From Nemertoderma westbladi (taxonomy: Eukaryota > Animalia > Xenacoelomorpha): DNA of 64,000 bases. Each line of letters opens with the position of its first letter. Position 1 is the stretch's first letter. The notes under the pieces were generated by a model. The model was not told the DNA's origin, did not search any database, and worked only from the letters and a program-made list of their open reading frames with translations. The stretch covers positions 1 to 64,000 of the forward strand of contig JAUCBJ010004375.1 in the NCBI GenBank assembly GCA_032718475.1, in the 5' to 3' direction. This document shows positions 27,464-40,131 of this stretch, in pieces. A program made the translations under genes and the position numbers.

Positions 27464-30400
27464 TCACGTTATGGAGTCCCTAGATATTTGTCGGATTAGG
27501 GAAGTGGTCGTAGGAAGAGTATCTTGCCTTCCATAGTTTCCGGACAGTTTTTGGTCTCTTTCCAGTAAACATAAACGACCAGCTGGGTGATTGGGTTGTC
27601 GTGTTACTTTCTCCGCTCCCTTGGCCTGTCTACTCTCCGCCGTGGTAAGATGAGGAGGCCATTCATCTTCTTCTTTACTTAGGGAGTCGGGTCCACCTAA
27701 CCAGCCGGGAGTATCTATCCGTTCTTGAGGAGTCGCTCCTCTGGAAGCGATGTCGGCTAGATTAATCATCTCGGGGCGATGTCTCCATTGATCTTCATTG
27801 GAGTTAATATCGTCATTATCTGAGGAGTATGGTGTTCCCTCAGTTAGTTCGTCCACTTCACTGCTCTCCACTTCCAAACCATTTATCTGGTATAGTCTTT
27901 CTGATGGTAGTCTCTCTTCGAGAGTTCTGCGGGAAGGACCAGTAAAGTACCAACCTACTCTAGTTCTTACCGCATAGGTTTGTAGTGGCTGCGGTTGAGC
28001 AGGTCGTTTTTCCAATGTCTCGAGCGCCTCGTGCGCGTTTTGGCCGATAAGTATTTGCACTCCAGGATAATCCGTCTGGAATCGAGGTATCTTAAGATGT
28101 TGGATGCTCTCATCCTCGTCCCAATTATAAAGGTCTGCTTGGGTAGTAGCGAAGTTCTTTATAGCCACCATTTTTACTGACCTTATACTTTGTGCTCCTA
28201 ATTTATCCTGGGGGGTGGACAACGCACCTACATAGTAATCTGCCGTTATGGTAGATTTCCAAACCTGTATAACTCCTGACATATTTAACAAAGTTCGGAA
28301 TTTGGGTTGTCCAGCAAAGATGTCTTCGGCTAGTTCTTGATCGATGAATGTTCCTGTACTGCCGGAGTCAAGTAGGGCGTTCACTATGTAACTCTTGTTG
28401 AGACCATGAACTCTCACTTGCACTACAGGAAATTCTCTTATTCCTATGTTGGAAGTTGGAATTTTCCAAGATGGTTGTTTGTCAAAAGGAGTTGGAGTAA
28501 ACTCGTCAGTGTCCTTTTCATACGTAAGTGCTCGATACACTGTGGTATTTATTAGATAACAGGATTCGTTGGCATCGGAGAATTCGTCTGTATAGAATCC
28601 TTCCCACTCAGAACCTTGGTCAGTGTCGTTCACATCACTGAATTGGACATGTAGTTCGGGCTCACTTACCTGACTCGGGCTGTTTCGTTCGAATTCCGTG
28701 TGTAACAAGCTATGATGTTTCTCGCCGCACTTAGCACACCTTGCGTCAGAGTAACAGGTTCGCCGCTGGTGTCCGCGTCTGAGACAGTTATAACATAACC
28801 GCTTATCCCACAGGACTCCACGTCTATCTGCCATGGATTTCTTTAGGAATTCTGCACACGCACTCAAACGGTGGGGCCCGTCGCACAACGCACATTTTGG
28901 TTTGATGTTACTCACCTTAACTTGGTTAACGTTATGCACTCTCGTTCTTTCTTCGGGCTTTCTTCCGTGAATTCTCTTAGGAGACGTAGGAGGAGTTGTT
29001 GTTACCTGTTCTCTCCTGTCACTGGTTCGAGACTTGTATTTACTTACGTCTTTATAGGTCTTGTTGTCATAATAAGATTTTGCTGTGTCTTTCCCGCTGT
29101 CCTCTTCTTGAGAAGCTTGGCTTTCGCCGTCGTCAGTATAACACACTGGTATTATCCTTCTCCTAGAAACGGGTTTCTCACTTACCTTATTTTCCGATGT
29201 TTTCTCTCTGGACTGCCTTATGAGTTGTAATTTTACTTCAATATCTAAGAAGGACATGAGATCAGCCATGGTAGGGCTTCGGCGTTGTTGTTCATTCATG
29301 TACAACACTTTCTTGTCCCAGCGCGTACATACTCCACCCTTTGGTAAAGTAGAGACTACGGCTCCAATAACCATGGAACTCTGATATTCATGCGACTTAC
29401 CTAACCAGTCCAGTTGTCTACAGATCTCTTGAATTTCATCGGAAAACTCTATAATCTCGCTACTAAGGAAGTGTCGGGGGGCTACTAATTTTGCATACAA
29501 ATACTTAGCTATGTTATCCTTATTACCATACCTGATGTTTAATGTATCCCAAACTTGTCTTAATCCATCTGGATGTCCAATAAACTTTAACGCCATTAAC
29601 TTGGGAGGTCCTTCCAAACACTTGATGAGGAATCTAAGTTTCTCTCCGTTAGATAGTACAGAGTTCTGTATGCTATCTTTGTAATATTCGTTGAAAGGTA
29701 ACCATTTCATCTCATCTCCATTGAATTTGACGATCTCTCCCACTTTGACCGCTTGGCGGGCTTCTGTTCTAGCCATCTGACGCGTAAAGCTTTCTTGGGC
29801 CATCGTGTTATTTAATATCGAATTATCGGTATATAAATTTCTCGGATCATTATCAGGTCTATAGGGAATATCATTAATAACAGGTCTATAATCACCCTTA
29901 ATAGGGTTTGTTATAGGAGTTTCAACTTCACTAGCAGCATAGATGCGTGTAGGCTCCACACCTTGCGCATGTAATACTTCAGGCCTAACAGGTTGACACA
30001 ATGTTACAGGGGGTATTGGTATGCCGTTTTGGATATTGACTAATTTGTCGCGTTCTAGCGCGATACTTTGCTGCACTTCTTGCAACTCTGCTCTACTTTC
30101 CCTCACTGTTCCCTTAAGTTGGTGGACAGTCTCCTGCATCTGTCCCAGCAGGAGATTCATCCCCCGCCGTCCCTCTTCCACCCACTCAACCGCCGAAGCG
30201 GGAGTCGCCAACATAGTAGCGGGCTGACGCGGGACGACGGGAGACAAATTATTGATTTCTCTCTCTGCTATCTGGACAGGGGTATTCTCTTGGACTGTTC
30301 CACCGGGTACAGGCAGTGTAGTACTATGTAAAGGGAATTTAGAGTTAAGCTCTGGAAGTGCAGGGGTCTCTAGCACAGAAGTGACTTTGGGAACAACAGG

Positions 30401-31678
30401 CCTAATTATTTCAGGTTCATCGACTATAGTAGGGAGTCTTTTGACCTGGATAAATTGTTCTATGGGTTCTGCACTACCTAAGTCTGTGCTAGTTAGCTGT
30501 CTTTTAACAGCTGGGGGCAAATCAGGCAATTTGCGACGGTGAGATGTCTTTCTACGCCTACTGAGACGAGATCTATTTCTTCTGCCTTCAGGATCGGTGG
30601 TCTCGCCTTCCTCCGATGATGTGTATCCTTGGCGTTTGGGAGTAGATTTTCTCATCATCTGCATTTGATTAGCAGTAAACTGTTTATTTATACTGTCTTG
30701 TGTCTCTTGCAGATTCTCCAACTCCAGTTGGGTAGTCTGCTCAGATGCTCTCCTTTCTGCTTCTGCCACTGCCTTTGCCACCTTTGCTTCTGCCGCCGCT
30801 GCCCTTCCTTTTGCTTCTACTTCTGCCGCCGCTGCCTTTCTGTCTGCTTCTGCTATTGCTTCTGCCGCCTTTCTGTCTGCTTCTGCCACTGCTTCTGCCG
30901 CCTTTCTGTCTGCTTCTGCCACTGCCGCTGCTGCTTTCTTTCTGCTTTCGATTAGTTTTCTCTTTACTTGTTCTTCTTGGACTCTAACGAGGCGGAGTTT
31001 TTCATCACATTTAGCTTGTTCTGCAGCTAACATTTCCGCATCGATTGCGTCCAACACAAGCTTGGTTCCTTCACTATTAGGGCGAAGTCCAGACAGTCGT
31101 CTCCTCAACTCTTCGTCTCCTACGAATCGCTGATAGTCTGACAGATAGATGTCAATGGCATCTCTAGTTCGTGGCTTCTCTGCTGCTGTTAATTCGCTTT
31201 CCACTTCGCTTTCCACTTCGCTTTCCACTTGGCTTTCCACTTCGCTTTCCACTTCGCTTTCCACTTGAGAAGAAGTGGCGTCGGTTGATTCTTCAAAGGT
31301 TGGCCGCTCATCATAAACCGTATCCGCCATCTTCGCTCCGCGTTCGGGCGTCCGCTCAACAGTCTCCGAACTACTGGAGCTATCGGGCTGCTGGGAACTA
31401 GGTTCTTGGCTAGGATGTCGCTGCTGTTTGACAGCTGCTTCCTGATCCCGCTTAACTTGGGCCCGAGTGCCTATGGCAGACCTACGGCGCTTCACTAACT
31501 TCGCAAATTGCGAAATCGCTTCTACCAACCTAGGTTCTGACACAACTACTGCAGGGGTTGCCCTTCTTACAGTAGGAGGGGTCTCAGACCTCGGTCTGGG
31601 ATTCTCTACACTTTGATCTGAGAAACAGGCTGTTGTTTCTAAAAGACTATCTGACAGAGTTTGCCTTGTGTCAGCCAT
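27464..31678 (-). CDS. Element B Gag-protease polyprotein (1404 aa) with RT, RNase H and integrase deleted
   Basis: Coiled-coil N-terminus, BEL Gag core (KFNGDEMKWLPF...EKLRFL), CALC/CYNC/CAKC zinc knuckles, protease ALLDSGS. It then runs directly into WRHRPEMINLADIASRG...WLGGP, the end of the RNase H region. Confidence 0.9.
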   Translation of the reverse strand: MADTRQTLSDSLLETTACFSDQSVENPRPRSETPPTVRRATPAVVVSEPRLVEAISQFAKLVKRRRSAIGTRAQVKRDQEAAVKQQRHPSQEPSSQQPDSSSSSETVERTPERGAKMADTVYDERPTFEESTDATSSQVESEVESEVESQVESEVESEVESELTAAEKPRTRDAIDIYLSDYQRFVGDEELRRRLSGLRPNSEGTKLVLDAIDAEMLAAEQAKCDEKLRLVRVQEEQVKRKLIESRKKAAAAVAEADRKAAEAVAEADRKAAEAIAEADRKAAAAEVEAKGRAAAAEAKVAKAVAEAERRASEQTTQLELENLQETQDSINKQFTANQMQMMRKSTPKRQGYTSSEEGETTDPEGRRNRSRLSRRRKTSHRRKLPDLPPAVKRQLTSTDLGSAEPIEQFIQVKRLPTIVDEPEIIRPVVPKVTSVLETPALPELNSKFPLHSTTLPVPGGTVQENTPVQIAEREINNLSPVVPRQPATMLATPASAVEWVEEGRRGMNLLLGQMQETVHQLKGTVRESRAELQEVQQSIALERDKLVNIQNGIPIPPVTLCQPVRPEVLHAQGVEPTRIYAASEVETPITNPIKGDYRPVINDIPYRPDNDPRNLYTDNSILNNTMAQESFTRQMARTEARQAVKVGEIVKFNGDEMKWLPFNEYYKDSIQNSVLSNGEKLRFLIKCLEGPPKLMALKFIGHPDGLRQVWDTLNIRYGNKDNIAKYLYAKLVAPRHFLSSEIIEFSDEIQEICRQLDWLGKSHEYQSSMVIGAVVSTLPKGGVCTRWDKKVLYMNEQQRRSPTMADLMSFLDIEVKLQLIRQSREKTSENKVSEKPVSRRRIIPVCYTDDGESQASQEEDSGKDTAKSYYDNKTYKDVSKYKSRTSDRREQVTTTPPTSPKRIHGRKPEERTRVHNVNQVKVSNIKPKCALCDGPHRLSACAEFLKKSMADRRGVLWDKRLCYNCLRRGHQRRTCYSDARCAKCGEKHHSLLHTEFERNSPSQVSEPELHVQFSDVNDTDQGSEWEGFYTDEFSDANESCYLINTTVYRALTYEKDTDEFTPTPFDKQPSWKIPTSNIGIREFPVVQVRVHGLNKSYIVNALLDSGSTGTFIDQELAEDIFAGQPKFRTLLNMSGVIQVWKSTITADYYVGALSTPQDKLGAQSIRSVKMVAIKNFATTQADLYNWDEDESIQHLKIPRFQTDYPGVQILIGQNAHEALETLEKRPAQPQPLQTYAVRTRVGWYFTGPSRRTLEERLPSERLYQINGLEVESSEVDELTEGTPYSSDNDDINSNEDQWRHRPEMINLADIASRGATPQERIDTPGWLGGPDSLSKEEDEWPPHLTTAESRQAKGAEKVTRQPNHPAGRLCLLERDQKLSGNYGRQDTLPTTTSLIRQISRDSIT

Positions 31679-33055
31679 GTTTGATTGTACAGTCGAATGC
31701 CTACTGCTATATTACAGTTAAAGCAAGTCTAGTAATTCAGTATCACTGTTAGCCTAATAATTAATTACCGATACTGCTACTCAGTGTAGCGTGATATATA
31801 TATAATATATTAGAATAACGGTATGCTTATAATATATATATAAGTATTGTAAACTAGGTTTGTCACAGGGTACCGGTATATAAATTTAGCACAGATATAT
31901 ATAAATATATAATAGGCCTATAGTGAATACCGGTATACAGCTTACACTTATAGTATATATAAGTATAATTACGGACTAGATTAATTACAGAGTACCGGTA
32001 TGATTTCAGCTCAAATTTATAGAGATAAATATAATAAGCCTATGGTAAATACCGGTATGTCAATTATCAATTATTTTAGAATAATTGAATTTCTGAATAT
32101 TTAGGGTTACTTGGTTACTTTAACTTACTTTATTATCGTTATTTAAGCAGTAGTCCAACTGATATTGAGACCTAGTTGTTGTCTGGCAGGCCTATTATTT
32201 ATAAATCGTTTGAGTTGATTTATAATAGATATATACCCGTTTAAATGGGTTTTTGTCAATATTTGAAATAAATGTTATTATTTCTGGGGGAGTCACTACA
32301 CAGAAGCTGAACGCCTCTAAGTGAAGTGCTATTTATTTGACACTAAAACTGATAATTCTAATTTACCTAAGTTACTTAATACTACAAATTACTTACGATA
32401 CGGGTGAGATTAATTCTCTAATTAAACACAACAAAATATTACGTACGAAATTTTTAGGGTAATTTTACAGGAAGTCTACAAACCAGTCCAACAAAGGGTT
32501 AGATTTCTGGCTATTACAAAGGACAGGGTACTACGGTATTTGAAATAATAAGTAGTAGTAAATATATTGTACTGTCCAGATAGGAAAATACCACCGCCTG
32601 ACGACCTATAACCGTATCGCTATAGGTACTACGTTATGTATCACGGATTGTTCCTACCCAGAAGCTAATAGAGCTAACGAATGTGCCTATCAACCACTTT
32701 ACAACACAAATATACTGCCTACACTAATTACTTCGGAAAGCACTGTACACTAAACCCTAAATTAGGTACAAGTACCGGTATAACAAATAATCAGTAGTTA
32801 AATATACTTGAACAGTTAAAAGAACCACGGCATCTGCTGGAGTGACCGAAGCACAAAGTCGTCAGTCTTTACCTACGCCGAGCAGCCCTAATGTAGTACC
32901 GGGGTTAGTTTAACTATAACGGTATGTATAACAAGCACAATTACTGTAGGAATAAACTTGGGGACATGAATGTTGCGAATAATCGCATAAACTCTGAATA
33001 ATAAATATTACGCTACCCGTACAGAATACTCAAACAAATACAAACCAAACGCTGG

Positions 33056-33560
33056 CAGACTACTATTAAGCCTAAACAAACTACTGTATGTGCAGATTCT
33101 GAAACTGTTAGTTAGTATGCGTGCTAACACGGTAGTACGACTTATTCTTTAAGAGGGGATTGACCTTCAGCTTATGGCTGCCCCAACTTACTAACGGCAC
33201 TTTATCAGACCAACTCTACACACGCAGCAATCCCTTCAGACCTAAAAACAGCTAGACAACAATCCAGCCTACAAATATTTGAGTAATAACTATTACGGTA
33301 CCTGAACAGACCACACAAACAAACACAGGCTAAAACACTGACAGACTACAATCAAGCCTAAATAAACTACAGTATATGCAGATTCTGAGACTGTTAGTTA
33401 GTATGCGTTCTAACACGGTAGTACGACTTATTCTTTAAGAGGGGATTGACCTTCAGCATATGGCTGCCCCAACTTACTAACGGCACTTTATCAGACAAAC
33501 TCTACACACGCCGTAATCTCTCCAAACTCAACAACAGTCAGACAGCAGCTCAGCCTACAA
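33056..33560 (-). repeat. Tandem duplication (period about 287 bp) in the B leader
   Basis: CAGACTAC...GCAGATTCTGA.ACTGTTAGTTAGTATGCG...CAGCCTACAA occurs at about 33056-33270 and 33342-33560. Confidence 0.85.
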
Positions 33561-33938
33561 TTATCTGAACAATCTGAGCAGGGTCACACGCCTTCTGCTC
33601 AATATTAGCCTACTAGTAAATAAAACTGACAGAAATAGACCTAAGTAAAATCCCAATAAAAACCAGGCGTCCCCGATTTAATATCGAGACCTACCGGTAT
33701 ACAATAATCAAAATCGAATAATACTAAATGTACTTGTACAGCAGTACCGGTACCGGTGATGACAGTTAGGCCTACTGACCTACAGAAGCACCGGTTCAGT
33801 TTTACTAGTCACTACGGTATTTTGCAACCTTATTGCCTACTGCAATAAGATTATAAACTGTTACTGTTCGACAGAACAGTATTAAACTGTATTTAATGCC
33901 TACACTTGCAACCTTATTGCCTACTGCAATAAGATTAA

Positions 33939-33949
33939 ATAACTGTTAC
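33939..33949 (-). promoter_or_regulatory. Non-tRNA primer-binding site of B (GTAACAGTTAT)
   Basis: Abuts the 5' LTR end. Exact reverse complement of the sense LTR segment 34703-34693. Confidence 0.75.
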
Positions 33950-35183
33950 TGTTCGCGCTTTTGAAGACCTTTAGCAGTTTAACCTGCCAAAATTTATATG
34001 TCTTTTAGTTAATTAACACACCTTTAGCATACGACAATATTTTATGCTAATAAACAAAACATTAGCCGAAGCCAGCCCATGCGCGATCATTCACCCGATG
34101 GATCTACACCCGGGAGGCTGAATTCGGATGCTTAGATTTTATTATTGCAGTGTAAGGTTGCAGTGTAAACCTATTGTATTATTCGATAGATCACTAATAT
34201 GTAATTTCTGACAGATATTATTAACTTTCGGGAAATATTAACAGTTCCTTTAGGACGTGGCGCTCTATCTATTTAAACAGAGCTAGGACTTATACTAAAC
34301 GCAACGATAAGGCTTATGATTAAAGTATAAGTCGCATTCTTTAGGAAATGCTTTGTTACCAGTCACATCACACTCACAATCATGCACACTATTCTGCCGA
34401 CCGTCAGTATATTTGATCACACATGAAGAGAACAGCAATTGACTCAGGTAGTGTCTACTAAATAACATTAGATTCAATACACACCACATTGATATAAATC
34501 GCAATTGTTAGGTATAGCCGGTCTCTCTAACCTGTAGTGTATCAAGAAAATTGGGAATTAGGGTGATTTATCCGTATTATCCAAAGAGCAATATTTCCAT
34601 CAACAAATAGGTACAATTAATAACTGACGGTAAATAGCAGTACAAACAATATGATTAGTGCAGTTAAATTAAGTGAGGTAACACCGCCGCCGGTAACAGT
34701 TATACTTTCTATAATCTAAGCAGTTTACTAGAGTTCTTCCCTAAAGGCCGGTGTTTCTGGCTTAGACAGCAATAACAACAAAGTATCAAGTAAAAACAGT
34801 AAGACTGAACACTCTCCTTATGATCGACTAAAAGCTACACGTCGACAGGAAAAACCGCCCTGATTGGCCCAAGCCAAACAAAGAACCACGCGTCCAATGG
34901 CTGTTTCCATGTCAGCAACCAGCTGCTAGATGTCGTAATATGAATCATCACGGCTAAGCTGTGAAAGGTAGTTGGTGCATTACAAGTTTTTGCCTTACCA
35001 TGTCCGCCAAAATACGTATATAGCAGAATGATTTTTATGTCCGTTAAAACACCTGTAAAGGTACCTTGCGGGCGAGGGGAATATATATACAGTTAGAAAA
35101 CCTTTTTAGAGTATTCCAGCGCCTGGGGGGAAACTGGATTGCGAAGCAAAAGGGGCCAGTTATATCCCACAGAAGCTTTTACA
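33950..35183 (-). repeat. 5' LTR of element B
   Basis: Direct repeat of 23244-24477, flanked by TSD CTACC. Confidence 0.96.
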
Positions 35184-38100
35184 CTACCTTACGGCATATA
35201 TCTATAAATGATGACGTCATATTAATTATTCTATCATAAACAAATCTTGCGGAGTCGTCTGGTGATTTCGCAATTGATTGCGACCTCTCAGGTGGTTTAA
35301 ATCGATCTGGAAACTTGTTCACCTCACAACTATTTCGGTGTTCGCTACTGGGTTTACGAGTTTCCAACTTCGAACTTGTTTCATGAGATGTCGATTTGAA
35401 AACAGGCACATTATTCCTGATATTTACCTCCTTTATTATATTTGTATTGGTTGGATCCACTTGTTTTGGTTCAATATGGTCCATCTTCCTAGTAAGTTCT
35501 TCTTCATTTGGTTTTTGTTGATAGACGGAGTTTGGTATAACTGGACCCAACTTGGCCTTTGTCATTGATCGAGTCGTAACTAATGTTGTTGGTTGATCAT
35601 TAAAATCCAATTTGTCATCACCTATCCGCTCCATGTCAACTCCTAGTGATTGAACTGATGAAACTTGAATTTCTGGACTTGATTTACGGATTTTCTCAAC
35701 CTTAACTTCTGCCTCTGCTGGAAGAATTCCTAACTTACAATCGAATAATGGGGGCCATAATTCTATGGATTTACTCAGGAACTCTGGGCCACGTAACCAA
35801 AATTTCTGCACTTCGGGTTTGCAAAAGTCCTGAGGCATCATCCCCCTTGAGGCGATATCTGCTGGGTTGACTGTACCTGGACAATGCCTCCAATCTTCCT
35901 TAATGGAATATTCTAGAATTTGTGCGCGTCTGTTAGCAACAAAAGTTTTGAATTGAATGTCATCATGGTTTATATAGGTTAACACTAATGTCGCATCTGT
36001 CCAATAGGTCACAGTTATGTCACTTTCGATTTCGCGTTTAATTAATTTTGCAACTCCAATAGCGATCGTAGCTGCTTGAAGTTCAGCTCGTGGTATCGTC
36101 ATAAATTTGTTTGGCATAGTTTTCGCCTTCGATGTTACAAATGATGTTTCAAAATGCCCGGGATGAGTTTCTCTGCGGAAATATGCGACTACTCCAAGTC
36201 CGTTGCAACTAGCATCACAAAAACAGTGTAATTGTAATGATGTAGGAAACGCCATTTGCTTTGGAAAATAGACTCTCGGCAATTCTAGTGTCTCAAGTGC
36301 GGGTAGTTGATGTTCCCATTTATTCCACTGATCAGCGTGTTCTGTGTGTATTGGTTCATCCCATTCTAATCCAGCTTGCCATATTTTACGTAATTCGATA
36401 CGTGCCTGTAAAATGATAGGGCTGACAAAACATAACGGATCAAATAACCGACTCATCTTTGACAGACAGATGCGTTTCGTTAATGTTGCATCATTTGGCT
36501 CAATTCTCACACGGATTTTTAAACTGTCATTATTCGGATCCCATGACAACCCAAGAACCTTCGAAACTGGTATCGGTTCGAATTCTAGTTCAATCGCTCC
36601 GCTCCCACGATCCTTTTCAGGAAATGAAGCAATCAAGGCCGTCGAATTAGAGATAAATTTTGTAAGGTGAAAACCCCCATTGGCTAGACAGTTTTGAAGT
36701 CCGTGTGCTACCTCAATCGCTCGACATTCTGTATCACATGACTTAAGGCCATCATCAGTATAGAAGTCCTTTTTCACTGTATCAACAATCTCCTTGTCAA
36801 AACTATCAGCTTGTCGTATAGCTGTTTGTTTTAATGCAAAAAGAGCGCCATTTGGACTATCCCTTACACCAAATGTCCTCACCAACATCTGATAAGTAGA
36901 GGGTTCGCCAGACAAATCCTTATTCTGATACCACAAAAACCGAAGACTGTCATTATCTCGTTTCAATGCATACACTTGATGGAACATTGCCTCAATATCG
37001 CAAGTAAAGGCAATGCTCCGCTGTCGAAATCTCATTAGAACTCCTATTAAATAGTTATTAAGATTTGGACCATCCATTAGCTGTGAGTTTAGTGACATCC
37101 CGCGGTATTTTACATGACAATCACATACTACTCTCACTCTTCCAGGCTTGTTGGGGTGAGTTACATAGTGGTGCGGGAGGTAGTAAGTCTGGTCACTGAT
37201 AACGTCAGGGTGCTCCATTTTTACTGCATACCCTTTTTCTATGTAATTATCAATTTGGGCACGATATTGATCATGTACCACTTGATTGCGTAGAAGGCGT
37301 TCTCTAATAGATTGTAAACGACGTAGAGCTAATGGTCTATTATTAATTAACTTAGGTACATCATCACGCCAAAGCATTCCAACTTCTTCATTCTCCGACA
37401 TGGCTACGTCATAGCTGTCCGGTTCCACAGTGTCCTGTTCTAACCACTTCATCACCCTTCTATTCATTTCATTGTCAATATCTAAAAATTCGTATGCTTG
37501 TTCTAGCTCAGTTATACATGAAGCTGGGTTTTTAATGGTTTCTATGGAAGTGACTCGAGTTTGTATTAATAAATTTGTAGAAATGGGTAGGATCTCTGCA
37601 ATATACGGCTCGTTCAATTGTTGTAGACTGGACTCTAAAGTCATACCATCATGATCATGATCACCATCAGAAACAGTGTCATCAGAGGCACTAAAAATTT
37701 CGTCCAATATACTGTCATTTTCTGATGCACTGTACTGTAATTCCCTGTCATACTGTGAATCATTGTCACACTGTGAGTCATCAGAATTTGTATCCTTGTC
37801 ACATTTAGAGTCACTATCAGAGTGTGAGTCCTTGTCAGACTGTGAACCACTGTCAGATTGTGAGTGATTGTCATAAAGTGTGTCATTGTCACAACGTGAG
37901 TCATTGTCACAACGTGAATCATTGTCACACTGTAATGTTGTAAAGGACAATTCTTGGTTACTAGGCAATATCGAAAAATAATCTCTAGCCTTTGAAATAT
38001 AAGTTTCATCAGTAGTTCCGTCGTCTTCACCAGGATCGTGTATTGGTGCTCTAGTATACCACCCTATTACACTACGACTAGCATATGGCTTACCTGGTGT

Positions 38101-40131
38101 TGGTATAGCTGGACGTGTTTCCCAGATTTGATGTATATTGAATTGGTCTAATCCAATAAGCATAGCTATATTGCGATAATTAACCTTACACTCAGGTATT
38201 CCCAGAGAACAGAAATACTCACGCTCTTCTGGAAATGGAGCTGGGACCGGGCCTAAAAGGTTGATAAAATGTTCCATTGCATGGAATGTCAGATTTTCCA
38301 AAGGTAACATATCCCTCTCAGCTTGAGTATGGAGGTGTCTTGGAAGCAAAGAGTCTAAGGTGATTTTGATTTTTGTTACAGGCACAGCTTGTCTCCCATG
38401 TATCGAACTAATATGATATTCCATACATTTACCTTGCTGGACATCCGTAACAACGCTAGCAACTTGTTTATCTATGTAACTATTTGTGGACGCTGGATCA
38501 AGTATGGCGTATATACATTTAGTGCCAAGTTCACCGCGAATACGCACCGGCACCACACTAAAACCTGCTGACTGAGTTTGTGTTAGCAGAGTTATACTAG
38601 GGTTTGGGCCACTCGCTGTCTCGGAAATCACCGTATCAGTTCTCGTTTCTCCATCTGAAGAACCTGATTGCTCGCTGATAGTGTCTGTTCCGATACCTGT
38701 GAATGTCACATTGCGTCTCATGGTGTTGGTGTTTTTCAACACTAATGTTGGGTGATCAGCACGAAACTGCTTTGTAGGTGTATGTTGTTTTGTATGTAAT
38801 AACTGGTGATGTAACCTACCACAATTGTTACAACCCTTATTAAGTGTGTTCGGGCAATCTCGACGTTTGTGTCCTTTTTCCAAGCACTTCCAACAAGCAT
38901 TCAGGGATCTAATCGCCAGACGCCGCTGGTCTATATTCAATCTGGTGAAACTAGTACAATGTTGGAGTTTATGGTCCTGATAACTCTTACCTTTCTGGAA
39001 ACAATATTGACAACCTCGGAAGTCTGATGCCAGTTCTTGCCGCTCTAACGTTATTCCAATAGGTGCAGGTACCTTCTTATCTGGTTTTGAAGAAATTGCA
39101 TCAGCTACCGAATTAAAAGTGAACTTTGATCGTTCGGGAGTAAAAGTGGTCTTTGGTTTTCCAACTGGACGTTTCTCTACCTGCAGGTATTCTTCGGAAT
39201 AATTCGATCTGAGTTCAGCAAGGGCCTCGCGGGAGATTAATTCATAGAGATGGCTCAACCGTAATGTTTGACCTCGGTCCTCTATCTTGCTTTCTAGTTT
39301 TCTCCATTTCTGTCGGTGTCTCAAATCTAATCGCCTTATTATATCCTTAAGTACATCAGGACGGTCTCCATAACCTTCACAACCTACAGTGGGAAGGATA
39401 TGGATTGCATTTTGTATGGAATCTGCGAGCTTTAGCAGCTCATATGGGGTTGTGACTGGTCCGCCATTTCCTAACTCTTCCACTATAGACATCGCCATCT
39501 TAGTTTTGTTGCCATAGATATCACTTAATCGTTCCCATGAATGCAAAAATGCTCGAGGATTGCCGGTAAATGAATAAGCTAAACCACGAGGTTCCTTATC
39601 TAATAACTGTAAAAGATAATGAAATTTCTCAGTTGCTGTAAAGTCTTTAGCAATAATCTGTGACTCAATATACTCCTTAAAGGTCCTCCAGTGTTTTGGG
39701 TCTCCTGAAAAACGGGGAGGTTTCTGAGGTGGTAATCCCTGGCGTGCCGCCCATCGAGAAATCTCTGTCACCATATCAGCCGCTACTGGAATCGTCTCTA
39801 ATGTTTCTGGCTTCTGTGTTGACATGCGCAATAATGTTTTATCTTTCCTTGGCTTAGAATACTTACCTGTTCTTATTTCCTTTTCATTTCCTTGATCACT
39901 ATCGTTATTATAATATTGAAAAGGATGTGACCTGCCAGGCCAGGTTTGTTGAGTGTAAGCTTCTCCATCCATGGAGTCCGTGTTATATTGAAATCGATTA
40001 AATTTCGCATTTCGGTTTTCAGATCGCGCAACCTTGTCACTAACTTCTTGAACTCGTTGCAACACTGGTTCAGTGAACTCCCTCAGAGTCTCCTTTAATT
40101 GTTCCATTGTCACCTTAGTTTCTACTACTGG
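35184..40131 (-). pseudogene. Element A gag-pol middle part: Gag core, protease, RT, RNase H
   Basis: RFSGDPKHWRTF, three Cys-His knuckles, ILDPAS protease, YLPHH, DIEAMFHQV, FYTDD, CFCDAS, TIPRAEL, YWTD, NPADIASRG. About 19 aa are missing before EVGMLW relative to D. Confidence 0.93.

Larger units (their letters stand above)
23244..35183 (-). mobile_element. BEL/Pao element B, non-autonomous, nested in pol of A
   Basis: 1234-bp LTRs at 23244-24477 and 33950-35183, TG...CA, no mismatch noticed. TSD CTACC at 23239-23243 and 35184-35188. PPT GGGAGCGG next to 24477. Confidence 0.95.
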
